A DNA stretch of 62,755 nt, counting the filler, from Rhabdomonas costata (taxonomy: Eukaryota): assembly GCA_019059605.1 (NCBI GenBank). It is 41 parts of 41 records of this genome, joined end to end, with 100 filler letters (N's around TTAATTAATTAA, not from the genome) between each part and the next. Parts side by side here need not be neighbours in the genome. Positions count along the whole stretch, not along the records: positions 1 to 1,434 come from JAHMHO010016072.1; positions 1,535 to 2,967 come from JAHMHO010016073.1; positions 3,068 to 4,501 come from JAHMHO010016074.1; positions 4,602 to 6,031 come from JAHMHO010016075.1; positions 6,132 to 7,565 come from JAHMHO010016076.1; positions 7,666 to 9,099 come from JAHMHO010016077.1; positions 9,200 to 10,633 come from JAHMHO010016078.1; positions 10,734 to 12,167 come from JAHMHO010016079.1; 33 more parts are not named here. One strand, 5' to 3'. Positions 1 through 11,518 of this stretch are shown here, piece after piece (within the stretch, counting starts at the first letter, position 1; each line of letters starts with the position of its first letter). The position numbers were made by a program, and so were the translations under genes. The notes beneath the pieces are model-generated. The model was not told the DNA's origin, searched no databases, and saw only the letters and a program-made list of their open reading frames with translations.

Positions 1-1356
1 TGGTGTGTGTTTTTTCTGATGGTGTTCAATATCGTTTTTTTTGGCATCCCAAGTTGGACAGTTTCTCTATAACTTTTGTAAATTGTTAAAGAAAAACAAC
101 AGAAAATAATGTCGTAGGTCTGGACCACTTCCGTTGGCCACTTATTCTGACACGGAGGTGTCTAAGAATCAGAACTTGACACTTCGACCACTGGGAAGCA
201 AAACGGACAGCTGTGGATGAGCGAAAAAAACCAAAAGGCCGTTTTAAAATGATTTGAAGCCGGTTTAAAACGCTCTGGTTTTATTTTTGGTGTACATACA
301 ACTTTTGTTTGCCACATTTGTTTCCAGACTCGCCCAACACTGCTGGCTGTGGCTTTTTTTATAGAAATGTGGTTAAATGAGTTCGCATAGTTATCGTGCC
401 TTCTTCACTTGCCAACAGATGTATAGTCAAGGCGATGGTTACCGCGGGCCTCCTGATCGACCGTTCTTTCGGCCTCGCTTGGAAGCCGGAGAAAGGTTGT
501 TCTTCATGCTGCCTGGCTTGGCTGGATTTTTACAATTTTCGCTCAGTCGACAGATTGATATTAGGGCTGGGAAAAAGTGCTACTGCAAATTACCCCGATT
601 TTTTTTATGTGGGGGGAGGAGGTGGTTCGACCCTCCGAAAAGAATTCGCTTGAAATGCACTTTTACCATGAATTTTCAGTAAGATTTTATTTTTTGAAAG
701 CTCGGTGCGTTGTCGTACCCTGGTCCTTAAATAGTGCGAGCTTGATCAGAGCCAACGACCGGAAAGGGGCAAGGTGGTTCCGCCATGTTGGTCTCTAGTT
801 CGGCTCATAAAAATGTCACCTTTTCTTCAACTTTGTTACACTTTTTTGGTCTCGCCAAATTTCATCTTTTATCCAGCCCTGTAGTTGGTAAATGGTGGTT
901 GGGGAAAGTTTTTGCGGTTCAACTTATTTCATCCTGATTAACCATTGTTGCTGTAATTGTTAACTATTGTTATTTTTAATCATTGTCCACTGTGCGCTTT
1001 TTTCCGGGACATTTTGCCCACGCCGCTGAACGGGAAAAACGCTGAGAAACGCAGGAAAAAGCGAGTCCAATTTTTATGGTTAGCTTTTCGCCTCCGAGCC
1101 AGATCGTGATTTCGCGTGTTGCCGTCTCCGTTGGGTCTATTCGCAGAACGTACGGACAATTCGGGACCATGGCCGGGAGAGAACGGTATGGACCACGGCC
1201 GCGGCGGAGACAAAACTTTTCTGCACGGGAGTTGCGGGAGTTCGAACAGATGCAGCCTCGGAAACAGGTTATCACCGATTTCGACACACCAGAGAACTTG
1301 GACGACGCCCCTGTGAGTAGCATGAGGTTCAACCTGCTTTTCTCCTGTTTGACTGG

Positions 1357-1433
1357 TGTTTTCGTTCGAGAAGAGGGTTTGGACCTTTATGGTTGTGTTT
1401 GGTAGGGTCAATCCCTCTTCTCGAACGAAAACA
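1357..1433. repeat. Contig-terminal inverted repeat, 21-bp perfect arms
   Basis: TGTTTTCGTTCGAGAAGAGGG (1357-1377) is the reverse complement of 1413-1433. Confidence 0.95.
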
Positions 1434-1704
1434 ANNNNNNNNNNNNNNNNNNNNNNNNNNNNNNNNNNNNNNNNNNNNTTAATTAATTAANNNNNNNNNN
1501 NNNNNNNNNNNNNNNNNNNNNNNNNNNNNNNNNNAAAAGGGCTTCGAAAGGGGTGAAAATGAGGGAACTTCGGCCGCTTGGGTAAAGTGGTGTTTCAGTT
1601 AGTCGCAATAGCGGAAACCTTCGTGGAGGGGTCCCCCTTCCTCGAAGTAGGTGTAATCCATATTGGGATAAGCATGTACCCTTGTTTTGTTACTGGACCC
1701 CTTA

Positions 1705-1738
1705 GCGCTGCGCGCGGCGCGCAGCGCCCTTACTTGTT
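1705..1738 (+). mobile_element. Candidate Helentron/HINE-like 3' terminus (GC hairpin + CCTTACTTGTT)
   Basis: Arms GCGCTGCGCGC (1705-1715) and GCGCGCAGCGC (1717-1727) are followed by CCTTACTTGTT, resembling the stem-loop + CTTACTTGTT end I recall for DINE-1-type elements. Confidence 0.35.
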
Positions 1739-2396
1739 GCTCTGCCCTTCGTAATTCTTTGGTCCTTTTTTCTTTTGGTATTTTTTATTTACGTTTTTGT
1801 GCTATTTCTATGCTTTCGGTTGCTTTCCCCCCTTCTTCTCCTTCATTTACTTCATTTCACTTCCACCAATCAGTTTTTTGCTTTCACCAATCACCAATCG
1901 CTGTTCGCACCTCGTTCGCACCTCTCTTGTCACTTATGCAGGAAACACCCCCGTTTCTCCCACTTCCAGGGTCTCGTGGTTACTGTTTCGTGCACCTATT
2001 CCTCTGCGTCCTCCCTCTGCTACTTTTTTCCCCTTCGTCACCTGACATCAGCCAGCGCACTAACACGCTGTCCCCTGTGAAGATGTGAGTGTTGGATTTG
2101 TGAAAAAAAATTTGAACTGTGCTGATGTTGTGTGCCGGACTTTGAACACTGGACAATGAATCGCTGTTCTTGTGCGATACCACGAACCTTTTGTTGCCCC
2201 GTTGGTGGTTTTGCCACCACCGTCACCGTGGGTGGGTGCTACGGTAGCGTCGGCAGAGTCGCCACCAACCGTTCGTTTGCTTCAGCTTTTTCTCCCATTC
2301 CCATACTCTGTACGTACGGCTGCACTCTGTGAGAACAACAACCCTGTGTGACTAATGCTGCGCTATCAAAATATTGCTTTTCCTGTGCCCCCTCAG

Positions 2397-2656
2397 CTTC
2401 CAGATTTCGGGGATGGCTCTACCCTGCGACAACTGCACCGACCTGGGGCCCTACATGCTCTCCGTGGGGGGCTGGGCCTCGGCATGGATCGAGCCCCCAG
2501 ACAACATCTTGCTGTGCCCGGGAATGCTCACCTCCATCTCCGTGGGGGTGCTGCCGCGTGCGCCCCCCAGGATGTACCCCAACTCCACCCTGGTGTTCAA
2601 CTTCACCGCGCCCGTGTGCCACTCCTGGAACGTTCTCACCATCCAACTCCCTGATG
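2397..2656 (+). CDS. Probable internal exon of an unknown, possibly extracellular, protein
   Basis: Pyrimidine tract + CAG, then an open frame with G/C-ending codons (FQISGMALPCDNCTDLGPY...NFTAPVCHSWNVLTIQLPD), then a GTGCGT donor. Confidence 0.45.
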
Positions 2657-5600
2657 GTGCGTCTTGGGTTCTTGCGCATCTTGTTTTATGAGCGTTTCTG
2701 TGTGTCCCAGCCTCCGGAAACACATGGGGAAATGCTCGCCTGCACCACTGTTTCACGGTGGCGTTTTTTCTCGTTCTACTTGTTTCCCTGCGCTCTTACA
2801 TTTTTTAATATAGTGATTTGTAGTGTGGCCTGGCACCATGCACAGAAGCCTAGGCGTGTGTGGAAAAGCCAACATGGTATGAAAATGAAACGAAAATGAT
2901 GCAAGGCGATGCGATACGGTGTGGAAAAGCATTGCAGACAATTGAATTTTATTATAACCCCACACACNNNNNNNNNNNNNNNNNNNNNNNNNNNNNNNNN
3001 NNNNNNNNNNNTTAATTAATTAANNNNNNNNNNNNNNNNNNNNNNNNNNNNNNNNNNNNNNNNNNNNGGTTGTTTGTGGAAGAGCTCCGCATGCCTGTAC
3101 GTCGAGGCAGAAGCATAGTGCAGCAAAAGCAAGATTTTTCACTGCAGCTTATGCACGGCAGTTGCAGGGAGTGAGTGGCATCGGTGGAAAGCAGATTATT
3201 CTTCAGTGGAAACTTAAAAGTTAACGCGACATCTAGATAGTGCTGTGGATATGATATGATATGATGTGATATTGTGAAATGGTAAGAAGAATGGTGCGCA
3301 AAAGCGAGAAAGAAAACAACGAGGGTTAAGAACAACCATCCACGGTGGTGTCCTCATCTTCTTCGCCGATTGGCTTCAGTTGAGGCAAGTCAGGATCTGA
3401 GCAAACAAAACGCATGGGCTCCTTGGCATTGAAGGCACGCTTCTTGGATCCTTGCACGAAGACGGGACTCTGAACACACAAGAGCATAAAATCCGCTTGC
3501 CTTGAGGGTTCCGCTAACAAAGGTTTTTGAACGGTTCCATGCTAATACCACAACACGTGGTACAACACGTGCGTAGCGACTGACTGGCCAGCACACCGTC
3601 GTCGCTCAGGGTGTCTGACAGCCACGCTGGATCATAGACCCCAATCGCGCACTCACGCCGACTGTACCGCGCATCCTCCATCGGCGAGAACAAAGAGATA
3701 GAGAGAGGAAAGGCAAAGGAGCAGCAGCCTTCAAAGTCGCCTGCAGAATATCGCAAGGACGCTTTACCAACTCAATAGGGAGAAAAATAGCATTATTCAG
3801 GACAACGTGCGAAACAGAAAGGTGCAACCCATGCATGCGCAGACCACACAACTGCAGACGACGAGGGTATCCTGCCAACGGAAATCAATGAAAGTTAGTT
3901 GGTCCTGTTACTTGGGGTTACTTGCTTCGGCTTCACCCTCTGGAGATTGTGCTCTGTAATTTAGTTGTTGTGTGCGTAATACGAAAAAGTAGATTTTTTT
4001 TTGGGAAACGTTGGGGACCGCAACAAGGGCATGCCGGTACACACGGGGTGCAAAGTGCAAACACAAACGCCCAAATACGTTTGTAGTACGCCTGTGTCCG
4101 AAAACCTAACACCGCAAACGTAGTAACAAAGAAGAGCATTTTTTAAGTTCAAGCACAGGCACGGAGTCCTTGCACCGGAGTTCAGCAAAAAAAAACAATC
4201 TACAAGAAGGAACGCAAAAAGATATGAAGGGGAAACAAGGTGAAGATTTTCAAGCGAAAATAACAACATGCAATATATGCAATATAAGCCGCTTTTCTTG
4301 CTCGGGTAGATTTTAAAAATCGTCATGGGATCCCCCCTCTCGGAGCAAATGCTACCGAGCGTCGTTCAAAGGTGAGCGAATAATAGCTTTTGCTATCGGG
4401 AGGTCGATAGCAAATGCTACCGAGGGAACCGAGCATGATGCTTTCTTGTGTCAACATGTTCCTGTTGACCCCTTTTTGATTTGCTACAATTACAAACAAA
4501 ANNNNNNNNNNNNNNNNNNNNNNNNNNNNNNNNNNNNNNNNNNNNTTAATTAATTAANNNNNNNNNNNNNNNNNNNNNNNNNNNNNNNNNNNNNNNNNNN
4601 NGCTTCATTCATTCGGCGTCACCCCACACACGCACTTTTGTCATCTCCACCGATTCATGGATCCCGGACAACCACAAACCTATCTCGAAAGCTCCTATAC
4701 TCATCTTGAGCCAATCCCGCTTTCCTAATCTCACATTCCCTCCAGTTGTCTCCCCCTCCCCCACTCTGTACCGGAATTTGTAGATGCTTGCCTCCAGCTG
4801 TAAATCGTCTCGCATCATTAAAACTGAATAAAACGCTTTATCACTTTTTATGTGTCCGCGCGTGGAAGTGCCTATACTCCACCCAGCTGAAAAAAACGAG
4901 AGGCACAGAGCCGACCTCCAACGTGAAGCAGGGGAAACACCATACTTCACACACAAACCACACGTCAAACGAACACTTTCGGCACCGGTGCTGCGCAAAG
5001 TGCATGCACACGCGCGTGGTATGAAAATCAGGAAAAACAGAAGTTGGGTTGTGGGTGTGGGAGTGGATGTGTGCACCCAAGAAGAGCAAAAAAAAAGCGT
5101 ACAAACAAAAAACAGGCGCAAGGACATAAGTGCGGCGGGAAAAAGTCTGTACGCACAGTTCGGAACAGTTCAGTCACCAAAGACTATTGGCATACAAAGG
5201 CAGCTCACAGCTGGTTTCGCACACATTGTGTGGATGTGGGTAATGTACACACCTCCTATTCGCACCTGCAGGGACGGAAGCCAAGCATTTGCGTCCTTTG
5301 CGGGGTAGGAACGGAGGCCATGCCTCTCGCCCTCCAAACAAAAGCCCAATTTTCCTTTCTGGGGTGGGTGTGGATGGGTGGACGAGGGTAGGGGGCGACG
5401 ATGAGTGGACTGTGCTGGCACCCCCAACATACAAACATGCGTGCAACTTTCGTGGCAACAAGGTAACGGCAGCAACAGAGATGGAATCCTTGAGAGGGGT
5501 GATGTTGGGCTCATGCGTTGCTGTCTTCAGCGCAACCAAAAGAGATGTGCGAGAATGGAGAGAATGCATGAAACTGAAGCCTGATGTGAGTATGTGTGTG

Positions 5601-6209
5601 CGCTGGCTTGAATATTTGAAAAACAAAAGGCCGCAAGTGCAGCGAAAAAGGGAATGCAGAAAATCCCATTTCCCCCTTTGAGCAAGGAGAACTTCATCTA
5701 CTTTTCGATGTATCTTCTCTACAGCATGGCAGGGGGGGGATCCACGAACTGAATGTCAGGCAACGGCATCCAGGATTTCTAGTGGTTTCTGTGTAGGTGC
5801 CCAACTCTGCATCACTTCTTCCCTCTTCCTTCATTCAGCCCAAAGAACGCCACAACGCGGGAAGAAAAAAAGAAATAGCACCACCGCGCTTGGCATGACG
5901 CTTGCCTTGAGAGAGCTCGCTCGGCTCGGCTCGGCTCGGCTCGGTTGCGCTTGACTACTCTCAGGCAGTAGGTGCCCTTCGAGCAGTTTTTCCATTCGGT
6001 CAGATGAAGGCTTTCCACACAACCACCACGCNNNNNNNNNNNNNNNNNNNNNNNNNNNNNNNNNNNNNNNNNNNNTTAATTAATTAANNNNNNNNNNNNN
6101 NNNNNNNNNNNNNNNNNNNNNNNNNNNNNNNCCTTTGAGGCACACAAAAGGTGAGTACGTTGCACGAGGAGACAGTCAGACTGTTTGTGGGTAAAAAACA
6201 AAAATGTAC

Positions 6210-7548
6210 CAGGCTTGATGGGGAGCATATCAATACCCTTGTGGTTGGTGATGATGGCCCAACCTGAGCAAAACAGTACCGTACAACAGAGGTGCGGCAG
6301 TCTCTTTCAAGAGCAAAAGAGAAAGGGAATTAAAGGGGAGAGACCACTCTCGGTCTGCCAGTAGTGGTCAATGATGTCCTTGCCCAGCGTTCTGGTTGCC
6401 CAGGAGTACGTGGGCTCGTCGAGGGGCTCTCCAGCAAGGAAGATGTACCTTAGCGAGGAAATATCGGCCTCCTTCAGGTACTTCTCGTCGAACTTGCGCA
6501 GCACTCGCATAGCGGTGGGGGCGGAGAAAAGAACAGTGACCCCGTACTTCTCAGCCGTCTGCCACCAGATCGCTGGAGTGGGTGAGTCGGGGGTGCCCTC
6601 GAAGACCAGAGTGGGGATCCCTGAAGTCAGAAACAAAGAATTGCCAACCTTACCTTGCACAAATGACGGCAAGTCAAACGTGTTCTTTACTCCTATGTTC
6701 CAAAATTTTAGGAACCCCTGGACTCTCGCTTCTTTTCACGTTTTTGCAAGTAAAAAGTCGGAATGCAACGGGAGAAAAGGAAAGGTCGCCTCTTACCGGT
6801 AAGCAGGGGGCCGTAGATGATGTAGGAGTGGCCAACGACCCAACCTGAAAAGCACGAAAAGAAAGGAAAGGTTTTTTGAAGGAAGGCAATGCCATTCATT
6901 GCATTGTTTTCGCCTGAATGAGTTGCACCGCGTTCGTGCGGGAGGCCTGTTGCTGTCCTTACAGCTTTCCCAAAAAAAGCACGCACCAATGTCGGAAGTC
7001 GACCAGTAAACGTCGGTCGGTCCGCAGCCGTAAATCATGCGCATGGAGCAGCTCAGGGCAACCATGTATCCACCTGAAAAAACAACACAAGGGAGATGCG
7101 CTAGAGCGCAAGCGGCCATAACGAGATTGGTGCTGTTTGAAGCGTGTCCTCCCTATGCAAACAGACCAGTGTCGCGAAGGATCCCCTTAGGCTTCCCAGT
7201 TGTCCCAGAGGTGTACAAAATGTACAGGGGGTCGTCGCTCTTTTGCTCCGAGCAGGGAACCATGGCATTCCCCACAGCCTCAATCTCCTCTTGGTAGATG
7301 AGGTCACGTCCCTCAACCTTTGTGATGGCGTCGAGCTTGCGGTCATAAATGATGACGTTCTGCACCTTCGTTCCCTTCTTCTCAGCCAAGGCGAGTGCGT
7401 CGTCCACAATCTATAAAAGTCAAAAGCAAAAGTAAAAAGCAATTTACAGGCCGACAGCACGGAATTAAAAGGTTGACGCACATGTGAACACCTTCTTCAG
7501 CGGAACCTTTTTGCCCTTGCGAGCGCCCGCTTCCGCACAGATGACCAT
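6210..7548 (-). CDS. prpE: Propionyl-/acetyl-CoA synthetase (PrpE/ACSS3-like), six internal exons, partial
   Basis: Spliced translation gives PLYILYTSGTTGKPKGILRDTGGYMVAL, TSDIGWVVGHSYIIYGPL, LFSAPTAMR, LAGEPLD and IIDHYWQTESGWAI. Five complete GT-AG introns keep the frame. The RDTGGY and GWVVGHSY motifs favour the PrpE/ACSS3 subfamily. Confidence 0.92.
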
Positions 7549-7670
7549 CTGCAGCACAAAAAAACNNNNNNNNNNNNNNNNNNNNNNNNNNNNNNNNNNN
7601 NNNNNNNNNTTAATTAATTAANNNNNNNNNNNNNNNNNNNNNNNNNNNNNNNNNNNNNNNNNNNNGTTTT

Positions 7671-7789
7671 GTTGTCCTTCTTGCAAATTTCCAGCAACTT
7701 TCAGAAAACGCGGGCTGGCAAGGACTCCTTAATTTTTTTTGCAGCTCCGCGTTTTCTGAAAGTTGCTGGAAATTTGCAAGAAGGACAAC
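7671..7789. repeat. Contig-terminal inverted repeat, 43-bp perfect arms
   Basis: 7671-7713 is the exact reverse complement of 7747-7789. Confidence 0.97.
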
Positions 7790-8327
7790 TAAGCCTTTTG
7801 CTGACGGGATCACCTCCCGTGACGTGTTAATATCCCGGTTCATGTTGTTTTCGATGTTGTCTGCCTGCCACAGGGCCATCCGGGAGGTTATAAATTGCAC
7901 CTCTCAAGGGTGTGGTGCATCATTGATTGCGTCTCCAGAAATTTGATATCCCCTCCGTCATAAATTGCAGTGAAACTAGCTTAACTGTGGCTGCGTAGCC
8001 CCACACTTAGTATCCCGTCTTTGGAATCACGAAGGAGCAACAGAACCTTTCTTAGAATGATGCAAGAAATACATGCCCAAAGTCAAATGTGGCTTGACTT
8101 GGAAGGCGAGCTTCGTGAAAGGTCAACAAAAAGCTGCAAGGACAACATGAGTATGCATACTCCGGACCTCGACCTGGGTCGAGTTCGCTCATCACACCTT
8201 CAGACAGAGAGAGACAGGAAACAACCGGCGGCTTTCATTTTTGACTTGCATTTTCTGCCTTACGGGTGCGCTGTCTCGTCCGGTGCACAGTGAAATCTTT
8301 TTCGCTGCTTGGCTTTTCTCGACTGCA

Positions 8328-8762
8328 ATGAGCGATCCTTCCGCCAATGAATCTGGGTCTGGGTCTGGGCCTGCACCCGCACCAGGTGCAGCGCCGGGTC
8401 CAACTCAAGCTCCGGGCACCACGGGATCCGAGAAGGGAACATTCACTCAACGGTTCTTGCCTTTATTGCTCATGCGGCTGTCGGTTCTCTTTGCTCTTTA
8501 ATCTTCTCTGCATAATACATGCATGTATGTCTACAAGGGAATTCCTTGGTCCCTTCCTGTCTACGGTACTCTTCTGCTTGCACCTCTTCAAGTGATTGAT
8601 GGTCAACTGCACCCTTACCTGTTTGCGTAGTGTGGTTTTTGTCACAGCGTGGGCTCCTTCTTCAAGAACATTGGTCATAGTCACGGGCATGGCCACAGTC
8701 ATGGACATGGGCACAGCCACGGGCACGGCCATAGCCACGGGGACTCTGGCCACAGCCACTGA
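8328..8762 (+). CDS. Two-exon 79-aa Gly/Pro-rich protein with C-terminal (HSHGHG)n His-rich tail
   Basis: Exon 1 8328-8452 (ATG...CAA CG|gt) and exon 2 8648-8762 (cacag|C GTG...CAC TGA) join in phase. The His repeat varies at synonymous positions, as expected for coding sequence. Confidence 0.72.
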
Positions 8763-11377
8763 GGGAGTTCAAGTAGATACTTGGGAGTTCTTGCCGTCAG
8801 TTTCCAACCTTAGGCTTTTCCTTTCTCTTCAGTTTGTTGCTTGCAGCACGAAATGTGTTTCGTGCCTTGCAGTAGGACAACCGCTGTCATGTCGGAGTGT
8901 TCCTTTTGCCCTCTGCGATTTTTGTCACGTCTCCCATTTCAATCTTTTTGCGTGACAAATCTGCGGTGGAGTATCTTTCCTTCTTGTTCATGGCCTTCCT
9001 TACCAGCCAAAGGTTTTCAAGGTATTGCCCTCGGGATTCTGTCCGGGAGGAGTCGGCCGAGTGCGGGGCGCACACTGACCGACGGTTCCTGTTGGCCTGN
9101 NNNNNNNNNNNNNNNNNNNNNNNNNNNNNNNNNNNNNNNNNNNTTAATTAATTAANNNNNNNNNNNNNNNNNNNNNNNNNNNNNNNNNNNNNNNNNNNNG
9201 GGTCGCTCCCCAGAGTACTCTGCGGACCTCAGCCCGTACCTTTTGTGGACGCCACACAGAATGCAGTTTGTTTTGGAAGAACTTTTTGTGAAATTCAGCC
9301 CCGCACAAGGGGCCAGAGAAGCTGACCAACGTCTGACAACCGTGCTGTTGGACCCTCCGTGCGAGCCCCCACGCAGCGCGCGTCCTAGGTTAGGGGTAGC
9401 TTTTCTTTTCTTCGTCGCACTCCTTCATGTGAGTAGGTGTGTTTATAAATGTGAGTGCGCGCGCGTGCGCCCCCCAGTGAGCTTTCTTAAGGACCGCCGC
9501 GCAGCAGGAAGGGGTTGTTATTCATCCCAAAGCAGCGGCCATTTAGGCGGGAGAATCGATCGACAGGAAAGTTCTGTCGTCTGAATTGTCTGCGAAGGGC
9601 CGAATCAGGATGTTCGCCTTTTTTTTCCTGGCGCTATACCGCGTGCTTGTGTGGGGCACGGTGTGAACTCGCGCTACTGCTTGCTTGGTGTTTGGGGGGG
9701 CACGGCTGGTGGCCCTTTTCACAGCGTATGAGGAAGTCCCTGGGCTTTCCATGCAAGAGCTGAGCCTTGGGCAGCCCACTCGCCCACCGCAGCAGCACAT
9801 GTCTCGCAGACTGAAGAAAACGATTCAGGTGGCGTTTCCATCACCGGGTGTTTTTTTGCTTTTTCTCCCTCTCCACTTTCCTCTTCTTTCTTGCGCTTAT
9901 GAATATTTGGACAGTGCCGTGTCGACTTTTTGTTTGTTGGAAGCTGGAACAGTTGTTCAAAAGAGAGCAGACGGTAACATCCAACAGCCAAAGAGCAAGG
10001 GTGTGGCCTGGCATCTGAGTAGACGGGGGCCATGGCAAAGGTACAGGGCAGAGAGCGGGAGCGGACAGATAGCAAGGTAATTTGCTCCTTGGACTCATCG
10101 CGGACTGTAGCATGACAAATTTCGGCTTTAATAAAAACGGTGCGTTTTCAAACACGTATCTCGGCAAAGTCTCTGGCGATGCCATGTCTTCGCTTTCACT
10201 GTGTTTCTCAATTTTTTTTGTGGTTGCCGTCCTTCGTGACTGGCAGTTTTGGAAAGGCTCCCAAACATAATCACCTCATTTTCATGCCTCTCTCCCGTAG
10301 GGTGTGTTTGCCAGGCAGGCGATGTGCATGCCACCCGCTCCAGAGAACGCTCGTGAGAAGGGTGGAAAGCGCCCAACCGCACCACCTCCGCAGGTGGAAA
10401 AGCAGACACCCCACCACCACCACCCCTTGCCCTTTGGCTTGGACTCAACGCCCTTTGGTTGTTTCCTGAGAGTGCCTTCCGGAGGATTGGGTCAAGTTCA
10501 TTCTCAAGCTGTTGCTCTGAACGGCATTGGCGGCTCGTTACTTCCACGAACCTCACACAAACTTTTGGATGCAATGCACAATGCATGGACGCAGTCTGTG
10601 GTGTGTTGTCCACCCTCGCGTACCACCAACCCCNNNNNNNNNNNNNNNNNNNNNNNNNNNNNNNNNNNNNNNNNNNNTTAATTAATTAANNNNNNNNNNN
10701 NNNNNNNNNNNNNNNNNNNNNNNNNNNNNNNNNAGCCTTGTTGTTGGGTGACGAAATAAACAGTGTGTGTGGATGAAGTTTTTCACACCAGACAGAAACA
10801 AAATTTCGACAAAACTCCTCTCCCTTACAAAGGGTCGTCAGGCTCTGCTTTTTCCTTGTAATGATTTGCTATTATCAAGAGTTCGACAATACACCACTTC
10901 CGTAATGACATGTGGGCCATATTTTAGGCCCATTTTTAGCCTGTTCTTGGTCGAGTTTGCCCATTGTGGGCCAAAGTGCACCTCCCGGTCAACATTGACC
11001 GGCGGTGGAACGGGGTAACCAGATTCAGAATTATTGTCCACGTTAAGCAACTTTGATTTTCAAGTTTTGTCATTCTTTTTATTTAAAGATAAGAGCCTCT
11101 GAACAAGAAGGACCAAGCCGAAGCAGGCCGGGGATCTTCTGCGTAATGAAGGTCTCCGAAACGTGCGTGCGGGGTCAGGGTAACCCGCAAGAGTATACCT
11201 TTTGCCCCGCTTCGCAGGGTTTATTAAAGCACCCACAGTGTATTTGAAAAACCACCTCCTAACCGCCGAACAGGTCCAGGCAAATGGCTCATGGCCACCT
11301 GTAGCCCACAAAAACATTGGTCCTTTCCACGATATTGGAAAATCACATGTATCTGTCATGCGCCTTCCCTCGCACAC

Positions 11378-11518
11378 CTCACGAAAACCAAACGCCACTG
11401 CACTGCGCAAGATGGTGCCCACGTTTTGCTTGGATTTGATGTTGTGAACCATGACAGAGCCCCAGAAGGAAGGATCCAAGGTGCTGGCCGTGGACACCGC
11501 CACAGCTTCCTCAGCCAT
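11378..11518 (-). CDS. SpoU/TrmH-family RNA methyltransferase, first exon
   Basis: VMVHNIKSKQNVGTILRSAVAFGFRE matches SPOUT motif 1 (NxGxxxRxxxxxG); GTGTGC donor follows. Confidence 0.8.

Noticed and set aside
1560..1650. RNase P/MRP-like GGGAACTTCGG motif
   Set aside because: No matching 3' P4 strand or other conserved regions found downstream.
8760..8762. TGA as selenocysteine in the His-rich protein
   Set aside because: No redox motif, no short UG-stop ending and no recognisable SECIS.
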